A stretch of 64,000 bases of DNA, taken from positions 64,133 to 128,132 of the forward strand of contig CAZMCQ010000004.1 in assembly GCA_964565195.1 (NCBI GenBank). Direction: 5' to 3'. Source of the stretch: an uncultured Candidatus Saccharibacteria bacterium. Lineage in GTDB: Bacteria > Patescibacteriota > Doudnabacteria > UBA920 > 2-01-FULL-46-14. The translations under genes and the position numbers were made by a program. Below, piece by piece: positions 56,183 through 64,000 of the stretch. The notes beneath the pieces were generated by a model. It was not told the DNA's origin and did no database searches. It saw only the letters and a program-made list of their open reading frames with translations. The number at the start of each line of letters is the position of its first letter. Position 1 is the first letter of the stretch.

Positions 56183-56248
56183 CGGGGATTGCTTCGCTTG
56201 CGCTCGCAATGACAAGTCTTTGCGAGGAGCGAAGCGACGAAGCAATCT
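56183..56248 (+). repeat. long imperfect palindrome carrying CTTCGC...GCAATGACA (family 2 variant), abutting the next ATG
   Basis: GATTGCTTCGCTTGCGCTCGCAA-tgacaagtc-TTTGCGAGGAGCGAAGCGACGAAGCAATC. Confidence 0.55.
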
Positions 56249-56836
56249 ATGAAATTATTATTAGGCACGATGAATCCGGCAAAGGTCGCGGATTATCAGA
56301 AATATTTGGTTCATTCGAAATTAGAAATTGTTACGCTTAAAGATTTACAATTTTTTGAAGAACCGCTTGAGATAGGAGCAACATTTGAGCAAAATGCCCT
56401 GCAGAAAGCGAAATTCTACGCTGAACGTACAGAATATCCGACCCTTGCCGATGACGGCGGATTTGAAGTTGACGCGCTGGATGGACGGCCGGGGATTGAT
56501 TCCAGTCGCTGGCTTGGGCCGAATGCCACAGATGAAGACAAGATAAATAAAATTATCGAGTTATTAAAAGACGTGCCGGAAGAGCAGCGGACCGCTCGAC
56601 TAAGAAATGTGACAGTAATATACTTTCCAGAGGAGCGTGATTATATTATGAGTAAGGGGAAAATGGAAGGCACCATTCCCGAGAAGCCGAGCCCGGTGAG
56701 AGTTTTCGGGTTTCCTTACCGCTCGGCGCTGTTTCTACCGCAGTTCAATAAATATTATGCTGAACTTGACGGTGAGTCGCATAGAAAAGCAGTTTGTAAA
56801 GAGCTATTATTAAAACTGGAGCCCTACCTTAATTGA
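56249..56836 (+). CDS. non-canonical purine NTP pyrophosphatase (RdgB/Ham1 family)
   Basis: MKLLLGTMNPAKV... and ...FEVDALDGRPGIDS... Confidence 0.68.
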   Translation: MKLLLGTMNPAKVADYQKYLVHSKLEIVTLKDLQFFEEPLEIGATFEQNALQKAKFYAERTEYPTLADDGGFEVDALDGRPGIDSSRWLGPNATDEDKINKIIELLKDVPEEQRTARLRNVTVIYFPEERDYIMSKGKMEGTIPEKPSPVRVFGFPYRSALFLPQFNKYYAELDGESHRKAVCKELLLKLEPYLN

Positions 56837-56837
56837 C

Positions 56838-56905
56838 GAAGTCATCCTGAGGACGGGAGTCCGAAGGATCTCACGCGCGAGATTCTTCGCTTCGCTCAGA
56901 ATGAC
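56838..56905 (+). repeat. palindrome CGAAGGATCTCACGCG/CGCGAGATTCTTCG + CTTCGCTCAGAATGACA (family 2 variant) upstream of serS
   Basis: Seen in the sequence. AATGACA lies 14 nt before the serS ATG. Confidence 0.55.
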
Positions 56906-56917
56906 AAAATCCAGAAT

Positions 56918-58252
56918 ATGTTAGATATAAAATATATAAGAGAAAATAAGGAGGCGGTGAAAAAAGCAATCATAGATAAGAGAATTGTTCTCAATTTGGA
57001 CGAGCTTTTGGCATTGGATGAAAAGCGGCGGAAACTCATTGCCGAGATCGATCAGTTGCGCGCGAAGAAAAACGACATTGCCGAAAAAATGCAAAGCGCG
57101 GATGCTTCCACAAAAGAACGCCTGAAAATCGACGGCAAAGAGGTCAAAGAAAAGATAGCGGCGCTCGAAAAAGAACTGACTGATGCGGAGCAGCGTTATA
57201 ACGAGCTCATGCTCCTTGTGCCGAACATCCCATCTAAAGATACGCCTGTCGGCGGCGAGCAGGATTTTAAAGTCATTTCGACCTGGGGCAGGCAGCCGAA
57301 ATTTGATTTTCCGATTAAAGATCATATTGAACTCGGAAAATCACTGGATATTTTGGATCTGGAGAGGGGAGTGAAGACCGCTGGTTTTCGCGGCTATTAC
57401 CTCAAAAACGAAGGCGCGCTTTTGCACCTCGGCGTTTTGATGCTGGCCTTTCAGAAAATGGTAAAAAAAGGCTTTACACCGATGATCCCTCCGACTCTGA
57501 TCAAAGAGTTCGCGCTTATCGGGAGCGGCCACTTTCCGACAGGAAGACAGGAAATATACGAGGTCGAGGAATATGCCCCCTCACCCCACCCTCTCCCGCC
57601 AGGGGAGAGGGATAAAGGGAGAGGGCCAGAAACCAAGTTTCTGGTTGGCACGGCCGAGCCGTCGCTTTTGGCCTATCACGTCGGCGAAACATTGGAGGAA
57701 AAGAATTTACCTGTTAAGCTTGTCGGCATCTCGCCGTCTTACCGGCGCGAAGTCGGTGGTTATGGCAAAGACACCAAAGGCGTTTATCGCACCCATGAGT
57801 TCACAAAAGTGGAGCAAGTGGTTCTGTGTAAGGATCTCCTGGAATCAGAGCATTGGTTTACAGAGATGGCACGGATCGCGCAGGAGCTTTTACAGGACTT
57901 GAAGCTGCCGCATCGCGTCATTCAGATTGCCACCGTGGAGATGGGGGCTGGGAAATACAAAATGTATGACATCGAGACCTGGATGCCCGCGCGCGGCGCC
58001 TATGGCGAGACGCATTCCTGCTCCAACCTCACGGACTGGCAGGCGCGGCGGCTGAATATCAAATACCGCGACAAGGCCGGTAAGACAGAATATGTTCACA
58101 CTTTGAATAATACGGTACTCGCCAGCCCTAGAATTTTGATCGCGATTTTGGAAAATAACCAGCAAAAAGACGGCTCTGTGGAAGTGCCCAAAGATTTGCG
58201 AGATTTTGTGGGGGAAAAGAAATTGACCCCGCAGGGGTCATCCCGCACTTGA
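56918..58252 (+). CDS. serS: seryl-tRNA synthetase carrying an in-frame palindromic repeat insert and a repeat-encoded C-terminal tail
   Basis: MLDIKYIRENKEAVKKAI... The insert YAPSPHPLPPGERDKGRGPETK lies between EIYEVEE and FLVGTAEPSL. The C-terminus ...TPQGSSRT is encoded by hairpin 58226-58260. Confidence 0.9.
   Translation: MLDIKYIRENKEAVKKAIIDKRIVLNLDELLALDEKRRKLIAEIDQLRAKKNDIAEKMQSADASTKERLKIDGKEVKEKIAALEKELTDAEQRYNELMLLVPNIPSKDTPVGGEQDFKVISTWGRQPKFDFPIKDHIELGKSLDILDLERGVKTAGFRGYYLKNEGALLHLGVLMLAFQKMVKKGFTPMIPPTLIKEFALIGSGHFPTGRQEIYEVEEYAPSPHPLPPGERDKGRGPETKFLVGTAEPSLLAYHVGETLEEKNLPVKLVGISPSYRREVGGYGKDTKGVYRTHEFTKVEQVVLCKDLLESEHWFTEMARIAQELLQDLKLPHRVIQIATVEMGAGKYKMYDIETWMPARGAYGETHSCSNLTDWQARRLNIKYRDKAGKTEYVHTLNNTVLASPRILIAILENNQQKDGSVEVPKDLRDFVGEKKLTPQGSSRT
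57577..57625 (+). repeat. palindromic repeat family 1, copy D (CCCTCTCCC-gcca-GGGGAGAGGG) inside serS
   Basis: Perfect 9-10 bp inverted repeat, plus a flanking GGGAGAGGG. Confidence 0.7.
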
Positions 58253-58308
58253 TGCGGGATCCAGAACTATTTGTATAGATTTCCGCTTTCGCGGGAATGA
58301 CATATAAT
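58226..58308 (+). repeat. family 2 two-hairpin gene-boundary module (paralog of 42083-42165): ATCCCGCA-cttga-TGCGGGAT, AACTATT, TTCCGC-tttc-GCGGGAAT-GACA-TATAAT
   Basis: The serS stop TGA lies in the hairpin loop. The -10 at 58303-58308 is 7 nt before the ddl ATG. Confidence 0.7.
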
Positions 58309-58315
58309 TGTGTTT

Positions 58316-59356
58316 ATGGCCAAACGCAAACTTCGTATTGCCCTTATATTTGGCGGGACCTCGCAGGAACGCGAAGTCTCTTTGCGCAGCGCCAAATCAA
58401 TAGCCAAGAATTTAAGTACCAAAAAATATGAGATTTTTCCCGTTGAAATTGATTTGAATGGAAAATGGTTGATTTCAAGTTCCACGATTCATCAAATCGG
58501 CAAAGAAGTAAAAACCCAGAAGGCCACGACGCGCGAGTTAGCCCCGGTCGATGTTCATGACCAGGGTAAGATTGATGTTGCCTTGCTGGCGCTGCACGGC
58601 CCGGGCGGGGAGGATGGAACTATTCAGGGCATGCTGGAACTGCTCAAAATTCCTTATACGTGTTCAGGAGTGCTCGCCTCGGCTCTGGCCATGGACAAAG
58701 CGCGGACAAAGCGGCTTGTGGCTGCGGCCGGTGTGCCTGTGCCGCCGGATGTGGTGATCAAAAAAAACGACTATGACCCCCGCTCGCCTCTCCCCCTCGT
58801 GAGGGGGAGATTGAGAGGGGGTCGTGGAAAATTCGTCATCAAACCCAATAAAATGGGCTCCTCGCTCGGGATTACCATTGTTTCTGGCAATGGCTCAACC
58901 ATTGGTCGAGCCATTGAACGCGCCTTCAAGTTTGACGACGAGATTTTGGTTGAAGCCCATATCGAGGGCCGCGAGATTACGGTACCGGTGCTGGGCAATG
59001 ACCAGGCTGAAGCTTTGCCGACAATTGAGATTTTGCCGTGGAAAAAATCGACTTTCTATGATTATGCGGCGAAGTACGAAGAGGGTGGATCAGAACATAT
59101 CATTCCTGCGCCGCTTACCAAAAAACAAGAACGCGAAGCTCAGGATTATGCGCTCGCCGCTCACCAAACCCTCGGTTGCCGCGGCGTGACGCGTTCTGAT
59201 TTTATCCTGGGCGAAAATGGGCAGTTTTATTTTTTGGAAATCAATACTATTCCGGGCATGACGCCGACCTCGCTTGTGCCGCAATCGGCGCAGGCCGCGG
59301 GCATTAGCTTTACTAAATTCCTTGACCGACTTATTAAACTGGCGCGTGAGCGATGA
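58316..59356 (+). CDS. ddl: D-alanine--D-alanine ligase carrying an in-frame palindromic repeat insert
   Basis: MAKRKLRIALIFGGTSQEREVSL... with ATP-grasp motifs. The insert PRSPLPLVRGRLRGGRG precedes KFVIKPNKMGSSLGI. Confidence 0.85.
   Translation: MAKRKLRIALIFGGTSQEREVSLRSAKSIAKNLSTKKYEIFPVEIDLNGKWLISSSTIHQIGKEVKTQKATTRELAPVDVHDQGKIDVALLALHGPGGEDGTIQGMLELLKIPYTCSGVLASALAMDKARTKRLVAAAGVPVPPDVVIKKNDYDPRSPLPLVRGRLRGGRGKFVIKPNKMGSSLGITIVSGNGSTIGRAIERAFKFDDEILVEAHIEGREITVPVLGNDQAEALPTIEILPWKKSTFYDYAAKYEEGGSEHIIPAPLTKKQEREAQDYALAAHQTLGCRGVTRSDFILGENGQFYFLEINTIPGMTPTSLVPQSAQAAGISFTKFLDRLIKLARER
58776..58822 (+). repeat. palindromic repeat family 1, copy E (CCTCTCCCCCTC-gtga-GGGGGAGAttGAGAGGGGG) inside ddl
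   Basis: Long imperfect hairpin. Confidence 0.7.
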
Positions 59357-60261
59357 GAGACCATGCCAAAGAACCGCGTTTTCGCCGTCCCGAGTTTCAA
59401 CGCAAACTGAAAAAAGCGAGCAGGTACACGCGCCGCGCCGAGTCGCTCGATGGCCCGCGCTTCGCAGTATTTGGTATTTTGCTGCGTTCCCGATTGGCGC
59501 AAGTGTTTGGTATCCTGTTTTTTTTGACCCTTGTTTATTTTCTTGTCGTCTCGCCGCGCTTTCTCGTAAAGAAAGTCTCCCTGACGACGCCGGGCGCGTC
59601 CCCGGAGGCGGTCGCGCAAGTTTTGCTTGCCCTCCGCCGCGAGCGGACTTTTTTGATTCCGCGCAACCATTTGCTGCTTTTGAACTCGAGAAATCTGTTT
59701 GCCGCTTTGCAAAGCGAGCTTCCCGAGATGAAAAGAATAACCTATTTCCGGCGGCACTGGCCGGACTGGATCGAGCTCGGCATTGAACAGCGGGAAGCGC
59801 GGTACGTCTGGCAAAGCGGAAATAATTTCTATTTCATGGATCAGGACGGCATTGTCTTTGCCCGCCTTACCAATTACCTGCCGCAAGATTATAGGCAGGA
59901 TCTTATTGTTGACCGAGGCAGCGGAGGGGTGAAAGTTGGTGAGCAGATCGAGGTGAAAAGACACTTGGAATTTATCAATGAACTCAAAGCCGAGTGGCTG
60001 GCACAAATTGCACAGCCAAAAATAGCGAGTTTTGCTATTCCCGGAGTTTTATCGAGCGATATTTTTGCCAAAACCGCGCTCGGCTTTGAGGTGTATTTTG
60101 ACCAGGAGAGGGATGCGGCCGTGCAGCTGGCCAATCTCAAGCTGCTGCTCAATCAAGAGATTCGCCCCGAGACTTATGACGGCCTTTCGTACATCGACGT
60201 GCGGCTTCCCAATGTGGCATACTATTGCTATAAAGATGCGCCCTGCGCGCAAAATCCATGA
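59353..60261 (+). CDS. ftsQ: cell-division protein FtsQ/DivIB-like (TM + POTRA)
   Basis: N-terminal basic region, TM segment LAQVFGILFFLTLVYFLVV, then a POTRA-like domain. Directly downstream of ddl, as in dcw clusters. Confidence 0.6.
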   Translation: MRDHAKEPRFRRPEFQRKLKKASRYTRRAESLDGPRFAVFGILLRSRLAQVFGILFFLTLVYFLVVSPRFLVKKVSLTTPGASPEAVAQVLLALRRERTFLIPRNHLLLLNSRNLFAALQSELPEMKRITYFRRHWPDWIELGIEQREARYVWQSGNNFYFMDQDGIVFARLTNYLPQDYRQDLIVDRGSGGVKVGEQIEVKRHLEFINELKAEWLAQIAQPKIASFAIPGVLSSDIFAKTALGFEVYFDQERDAAVQLANLKLLLNQEIRPETYDGLSYIDVRLPNVAYYCYKDAPCAQNP

Positions 60262-60878
60262 CTTATGTAATTTCTCTCGGCGGATCCATCATCGTTCCGG
60301 ACGAGATTGACGTGGTTTTTTTAAGAAGATTTATCCGCCGAATTTCGTCAGAAATTCGGCGGGGACATCGCTTATTCATTGTCACCGGCGGGGGAGCGAC
60401 TTGCAGAAAATATCAGAGCGCTCTGAAAGAGATAAGCAAATCTACTTCAGAGAACCTTGACTGGCTTGGCATTGAGACGACTAAGCTTAATGCGCATCTT
60501 ATGCGGTTGGCATTTGGGAATAAGGTAAATATATCCGGCGGGGACAAACCCGGGCGTTCAACCGATTATGAAGCAGTTCGCATGGCCAAGCGGCATGGGG
60601 CGAAAACTGTCATCAATTTGTCTAACATTGATTACGTTTATTCTGCTGATCCGAAGAAGAACAAAAGCGCGAAAAAATTCGAGCAGCTGACTTGGACACA
60701 GTATCTCAAGCAATTCGGCCGCAAATGGAAACCTGGCGCAAATTATCCCTTTGACCCTGTGGCTGCCGCATTAGCCAAAAAGTATAAGATAACAGCCGTC
60801 ATTATGAACGGCCGCAAACTTGAGAATTTAAAAAATCTGTTCGCCAATAAACCTTTCCGTGGCACGATTATTAAATAG
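60258..60878 (+). CDS. pyrH: amino-acid-kinase-family protein, probably an archaeal-type uridylate kinase
   Basis: MTYVISLGGSII... and ...FIVTGGGATCRKY... Confidence 0.65.
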   Translation: MTYVISLGGSIIVPDEIDVVFLRRFIRRISSEIRRGHRLFIVTGGGATCRKYQSALKEISKSTSENLDWLGIETTKLNAHLMRLAFGNKVNISGGDKPGRSTDYEAVRMAKRHGAKTVINLSNIDYVYSADPKKNKSAKKFEQLTWTQYLKQFGRKWKPGANYPFDPVAAALAKKYKITAVIMNGRKLENLKNLFANKPFRGTIIK

Positions 60879-60955
60879 CGGGTAAATCGTTTGTTGAATT
60901 TTCTATACATTTGTATGTATCTTTCAACAAATGAGGTTTGGGGAAAATAAAAAAG

Positions 60956-60997
60956 CAGGGTACTGAAACCGACAGAATGTCGAATAACAGTACCCTG
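60956..60997 (-). terminator. rho-independent terminator for the minus-strand small gene
   Basis: CAGGGTACTG, a 22-nt loop, then CAGTACCCTG, with a T-run on the minus strand. A second palindrome TTTGTTGAA...TTCAACAAA lies at 60890-60945. Confidence 0.55.
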
Positions 60998-61090
60998 GGG
61001 TGGCCATTACACTTCGTAATTATGACGCTTGAGCTTAGCCGCCATAATTTTCCTCTCTAAAACGGCCATTAGAGAAGGAAACTCGAGGTG

Positions 61091-61264
61091 TTATTCTGAC
61101 TTAGTTTCGCTTGCGGAGATTGGGATGCATTCGTTACAGTCACAAAAAATTGGATGGGAATCTTCTGCCGGCGTTAATCTCTGCGCCTTGGCGACAATCT
61201 CCTCGGCCGGAGTTTCCTCAAAGTATTTCTTCACTCTTCCCTGTAACTCATCAAAGGTTTCCAT
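61091..61264 (-). CDS. small hypothetical protein (57 aa) with a CDCNEC motif
   Basis: AGGAGG 8 nt upstream of the ATG. Protein is METFDELQGRVKKYFEETPAEEIVAKAQRLTPAEDSHPIFCDCNECIPISASETKSE. Below the ORF-track size cutoff. Confidence 0.4.
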   Translation of the reverse strand: METFDELQGRVKKYFEETPAEEIVAKAQRLTPAEDSHPIFCDCNECIPISASETKSE

Positions 61265-61306
61265 ATCAAACTTATCCTCCTATTAGCTTTGAACAAATTT
61301 AGTATA

Positions 61307-62170
61307 TCACCCCGGCGTGACCGAGGCAAGGGCCGTGGCGGCGATGATGATGACCACGAGCCCCACGTATTGGTGGGGTTTTAGTTTTTCTTTGTTGAAA
61401 ATGAGGCCGAGAATGGCGGCGAGGGCGATGTAGGATTCAGAAAGACTCGCAGCAATGGCAATCGGAATGTAAACTGTGGCCTGGGCGTAGGCCACCCAAG
61501 CGAGCGTGTCAAACATGCCCATAGTGAGAACGAGCTGCTTATTAGTTTTTATTTCTTCGACAAACCGACTTTTACCCTCGGTCCAGAGCATCCCGACGAG
61601 TCCTGTCAGGCCAAAAAATACGGCCATAAACCAGTTGATGAGCAAGGGGTCGGTCTGCCGCGCGGTGTAGCCGACAAGAAAATTGACTATGCCGAGTCCG
61701 ATCATGGCGAAAAAGGCGAGGAACGCACCTGGTTCAATATGAATTTTCCGGATGCGGTGGAAGCGGTGCACAGCCAGCAGAATTATGCCAAGCATCAGTA
61801 CGCCAGCCAGGATCATCTGGTCTATGGACAGCACCTCCCCGATGACCACGGCCGCAAGGAAAACCGTAATTGGGATTTCAAAGGCGAGAATCGGGGTTAA
61901 GGCAGAAATTTTGCCTCGGCGCAGCGCTTCGAAATAAAGCAGCGAAACGCCGAGGCCGACGCTGGAGGTGATAACGAGCAGGGTGAGATGGTTTTTGGTT
62001 GTGAAGATATCAATGATGCGCTCATAGACAAACGGCAAGAGCACGACAGCGCCGATTGCGCCGATGCCGCCGATCGTGAACCAGACGCCTTTGCGGCGCG
62101 AGGACTTCTGGATGAGAAAATCGCCGGTCCCCCAGCAGAAGAGCGCAATGATGGCAAAGAGAATCCCCAT
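61307..62170 (-). CDS. EamA/DMT-family transporter (10 TM)
   Basis: Duplicated EamA-like hydrophobic repeats. Confidence 0.78.
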   Translation of the reverse strand: MGILFAIIALFCWGTGDFLIQKSSRRKGVWFTIGGIGAIGAVVLLPFVYERIIDIFTTKNHLTLLVITSSVGLGVSLLYFEALRRGKISALTPILAFEIPITVFLAAVVIGEVLSIDQMILAGVLMLGIILLAVHRFHRIRKIHIEPGAFLAFFAMIGLGIVNFLVGYTARQTDPLLINWFMAVFFGLTGLVGMLWTEGKSRFVEEIKTNKQLVLTMGMFDTLAWVAYAQATVYIPIAIAASLSESYIALAAILGLIFNKEKLKPHQYVGLVVIIIAATALASVTPG

Positions 62171-63615
62171 TATTTTACCAGATACTTATCAATAAAGATC
62201 TCCCCTTTGAAACTCGGGGTATCTTTGAAGCGCTGCTCGTCCAGCAGTTTCCAGTTTTTAGGGATGGTTGGTTTGACGCCGCCGAAGCCAGTGGTCCAGA
62301 ACAGCCAGACCGTGCCGCCCGGTTTGGTTTGGGCCAGGCCCAAAACGACGTCCTCGGGTGCATAAAGCGGGACCCGCGATCCGAGCGGTTGGGAAGAGAT
62401 GAGGAGCGGTTTGATGCCGGTTTGATTATAAAACCGAAACGTCAGCAGAACATAACTGGAACCGCCATAGAGCAGCTCGCCGGATTTGGCGTTGGCATTG
62501 ATATAGCTCGCGGCCGCGGCCATGCCGGGCTGGTGTTCGATGTCGAGGTTTTGCCAATTCCTGAAAAAGGCCAGAAGGCTGGCGAGAATCAAGGCGGTAA
62601 TCAGCAGCCAGCGCACGAAAAAACGGGGAATGGACCAGAAGGCCGCGGCAATCAGGATGCTGAAATAAAGCGACACAAAGACAAAATAACGGTCGAGATA
62701 AAGACTGGTCTTCAGGGAAAAAACAATTGCGGCGCTAACGGGGATGAGGATGTTCAGGAAGATCAGCCATTTATGGAAGCTCTGGTTCTTTTTCAGAAAG
62801 TAAGCGGTGAGTACGAGCACGGCGATTGCCGAAATGGCCAGCGTCGCGTGATTGGCGGCGAAATCGCCGAACATGATCTTCCAGAATGTGCCCGGCACTG
62901 ACCAGCGGTCCATGGGCGGGATCCAGTAGCCGCCCTGGACGTTCTGCAAATGGACCAGAAACACGGGCACCCAGGCCAGGTAAAGAAAAAAAATGGAGCA
63001 ATAAGCGAGCGCGCCTTCGAACAAAATTTTGAGCCGGCGCTTCTTCAGAAAATAGCAGAGCAGGTAAAGGGCCTGCGCGCCGACCGAGAACAGCAGATAG
63101 TAATGGGTATAGAGGGCGGCGGTGGAGGCGAGGACAAAGCCGGCCCAGAAGCGAAGTTTTTTCCGTCGCGCTTCGGTCTCGAGCGCGCGAACCAGAAAGA
63201 AGCTCGAGAGCATGATCAAAAACATGCCCAGCGCGTACATCCGCATCTCGAGCGCGTATTGGACCTGGAACGGATTTACAGCCAGCAAAATCGCGGCCAG
63301 CGAAGCGATTTTTTTGTTTTTGAACGCCGCGAGCGCAAACCGGTAGCCGGCCCAGACGGTCAGAATTCCGAAGATGATAGATAATAGCCGGAGGCCAAAC
63401 AGACTTTGCCCGGCGACATAAGCCCAGAGCCGCAGCACGATGTAGTAAAGGGGCGGATGGACATCCAGACTGATCTGGTACAGCATCTCGCGCCAGGGAT
63501 AGCGCAGAAACAGCGCGGAAAACGCCTCGTCGTACCAAAGCGCGACCCCGGTGGCGTGGTAAAATCGCAAGGCCGCGCCGGATAGAAGGGCAAGAATGAG
63601 GAAGATCGTGCTCAT
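62170..63615 (-). CDS. GT39/ArnT-like dolichyl-phosphate-mannose-type membrane glycosyltransferase
   Basis: ...ALWYDEAFSALFL... near the N-terminus and a polytopic membrane topology. Confidence 0.78.
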   Translation of the reverse strand: MSTIFLILALLSGAALRFYHATGVALWYDEAFSALFLRYPWREMLYQISLDVHPPLYYIVLRLWAYVAGQSLFGLRLLSIIFGILTVWAGYRFALAAFKNKKIASLAAILLAVNPFQVQYALEMRMYALGMFLIMLSSFFLVRALETEARRKKLRFWAGFVLASTAALYTHYYLLFSVGAQALYLLCYFLKKRRLKILFEGALAYCSIFFLYLAWVPVFLVHLQNVQGGYWIPPMDRWSVPGTFWKIMFGDFAANHATLAISAIAVLVLTAYFLKKNQSFHKWLIFLNILIPVSAAIVFSLKTSLYLDRYFVFVSLYFSILIAAAFWSIPRFFVRWLLITALILASLLAFFRNWQNLDIEHQPGMAAAASYINANAKSGELLYGGSSYVLLTFRFYNQTGIKPLLISSQPLGSRVPLYAPEDVVLGLAQTKPGGTVWLFWTTGFGGVKPTIPKNWKLLDEQRFKDTPSFKGEIFIDKYLVK

Positions 63616-63992
63616 GGTTGTTCGTAGACGAGTATAATGAGTTCACCAAATTGGTTTTTTTCAGTTTTGACGAGCACGGCCTCGGGATGGGCTTTGGTAA
63701 ATTTAATCCGGTCAAACAGAGTGGATTGCGTAAAAATGACCTGATCGCCGGTTTTTAATTTCACCTCAAAAGTCCGCGCGGGATCAAGGAGGAGATAGGG
63801 CTGCTGCTGTTCCGTAGTTAAATACGCCACGGTCTGGACCGAAAATTCATCAAGAGACAAATAGGTTTTATCTTTTTGATTGCGGCTATTCAAATACTGG
63901 CTTGCGACGGTGAGATCAGAGCGAAAGGCGTAGTAATAGTCCGGCGATAACGCCGCCACCTTGAAATACAGGGTGTAATTATAGAGAAGCAA
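63612..63992 (-). CDS. hypothetical protein (126 aa)
   Basis: ORF only. The ATGA overlap with the downstream gene suggests translational coupling. Confidence 0.4.
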   Translation of the reverse strand: MLLYNYTLYFKVAALSPDYYYAFRSDLTVASQYLNSRNQKDKTYLSLDEFSVQTVAYLTTEQQQPYLLLDPARTFEVKLKTGDQVIFTQSTLFDRIKFTKAHPEAVLVKTEKNQFGELIILVYEQP

Positions 63993-64000
63993 TGAGCTAA

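Noticed and set aside
61029-61286. 85-aa plus-strand ORF between pyrH and the EamA transporter
   Set aside because: The minus strand here carries a 57-aa ORF with a strong AGGAGG SD and sits in an operon-like arrangement with the upstream minus-strand genes. The plus-strand ORF has no signals and is probably spurious.
1-64000. Search for tRNA/rRNA genes, CRISPR arrays, integrase/transposase genes or inverted terminal repeats flanking the inserted cassettes
   Set aside because: No T-loop-like GTTCRANYC cloverleaf candidates were found in the intergenic gaps. No regularly spaced direct repeats with unique spacers were found. No recombinase-like ORFs were found. The repeat families described are short palindromes, not CRISPR repeats.

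Overview
The window is a gene-dense segment (about 55% GC) from a small-genome bacterium with Candidate Phyla Radiation (Patescibacteria)-like features. It opens with the str/S10/spc/alpha ribosomal protein cluster (rpsL-rpsG-fusA-tuf-rpsJ ... rplC-rplD-rplW-rplB-rpsS-rplV-rpsC-rplP-rpmC-rpsQ-rplN-rplX-rplE-rpsZ-rpsH-rplF-rplR-rpsE-rplO-secY-adk-cmk-map). L30 is absent, and infA/rpmJ/rpsM/rpsK/rpsD/rpoA/rplQ do not follow map. A pentose-phosphate/lower-glycolysis block follows (galT-like, tpiA, rpiB, rpe, split transketolase, pfkB kinase, gap, pgk, gpmI). After it come recJ, rnhA, murA, two mreB paralogs with mreCD-pbp2, proS, lysS, serS, ddl, ftsQ-like, folD and greA, plus transporter and glycosyltransferase genes on the minus strand. 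Several things do not fit a plain core region. (1) A four-gene protease cassette with its own promoter and terminators splits rpsJ from rplC: a zincin-like peptidase, a secreted metzincin-like protease, a membrane-anchored C39-like cysteine peptidase and an adjacent 42-aa Gly-Gly peptide. (2) A palindromic repeat family (CCTCTCCCC-loop-GGGGAGAGG) is inserted in-frame into glycosyltransferase, serS, ddl and a membrane protein gene, resembling Rickettsia palindromic elements. (3) A second, two-hairpin intergenic module (…ATTCCCGC-loop-GCGGGAATGACA + TATAAT) recurs at gene boundaries, overlaps upstream stop codons and drives near-leaderless downstream genes. (4) A TACGAATCTA/ACGAAC repeat element and 8-nt-periodic AAGAAC repeats sit at ribosomal-protein gene junctions. 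(5) A roughly 210-nt promoter-to-terminator structured RNA candidate lies upstream of a hypothetical gene. (6) There is an orphan YefM-like gene between fusA and tuf, and a hicBA pair with a consensus leaderless promoter. No tRNA, rRNA, CRISPR array or integrase/transposase was recognised.
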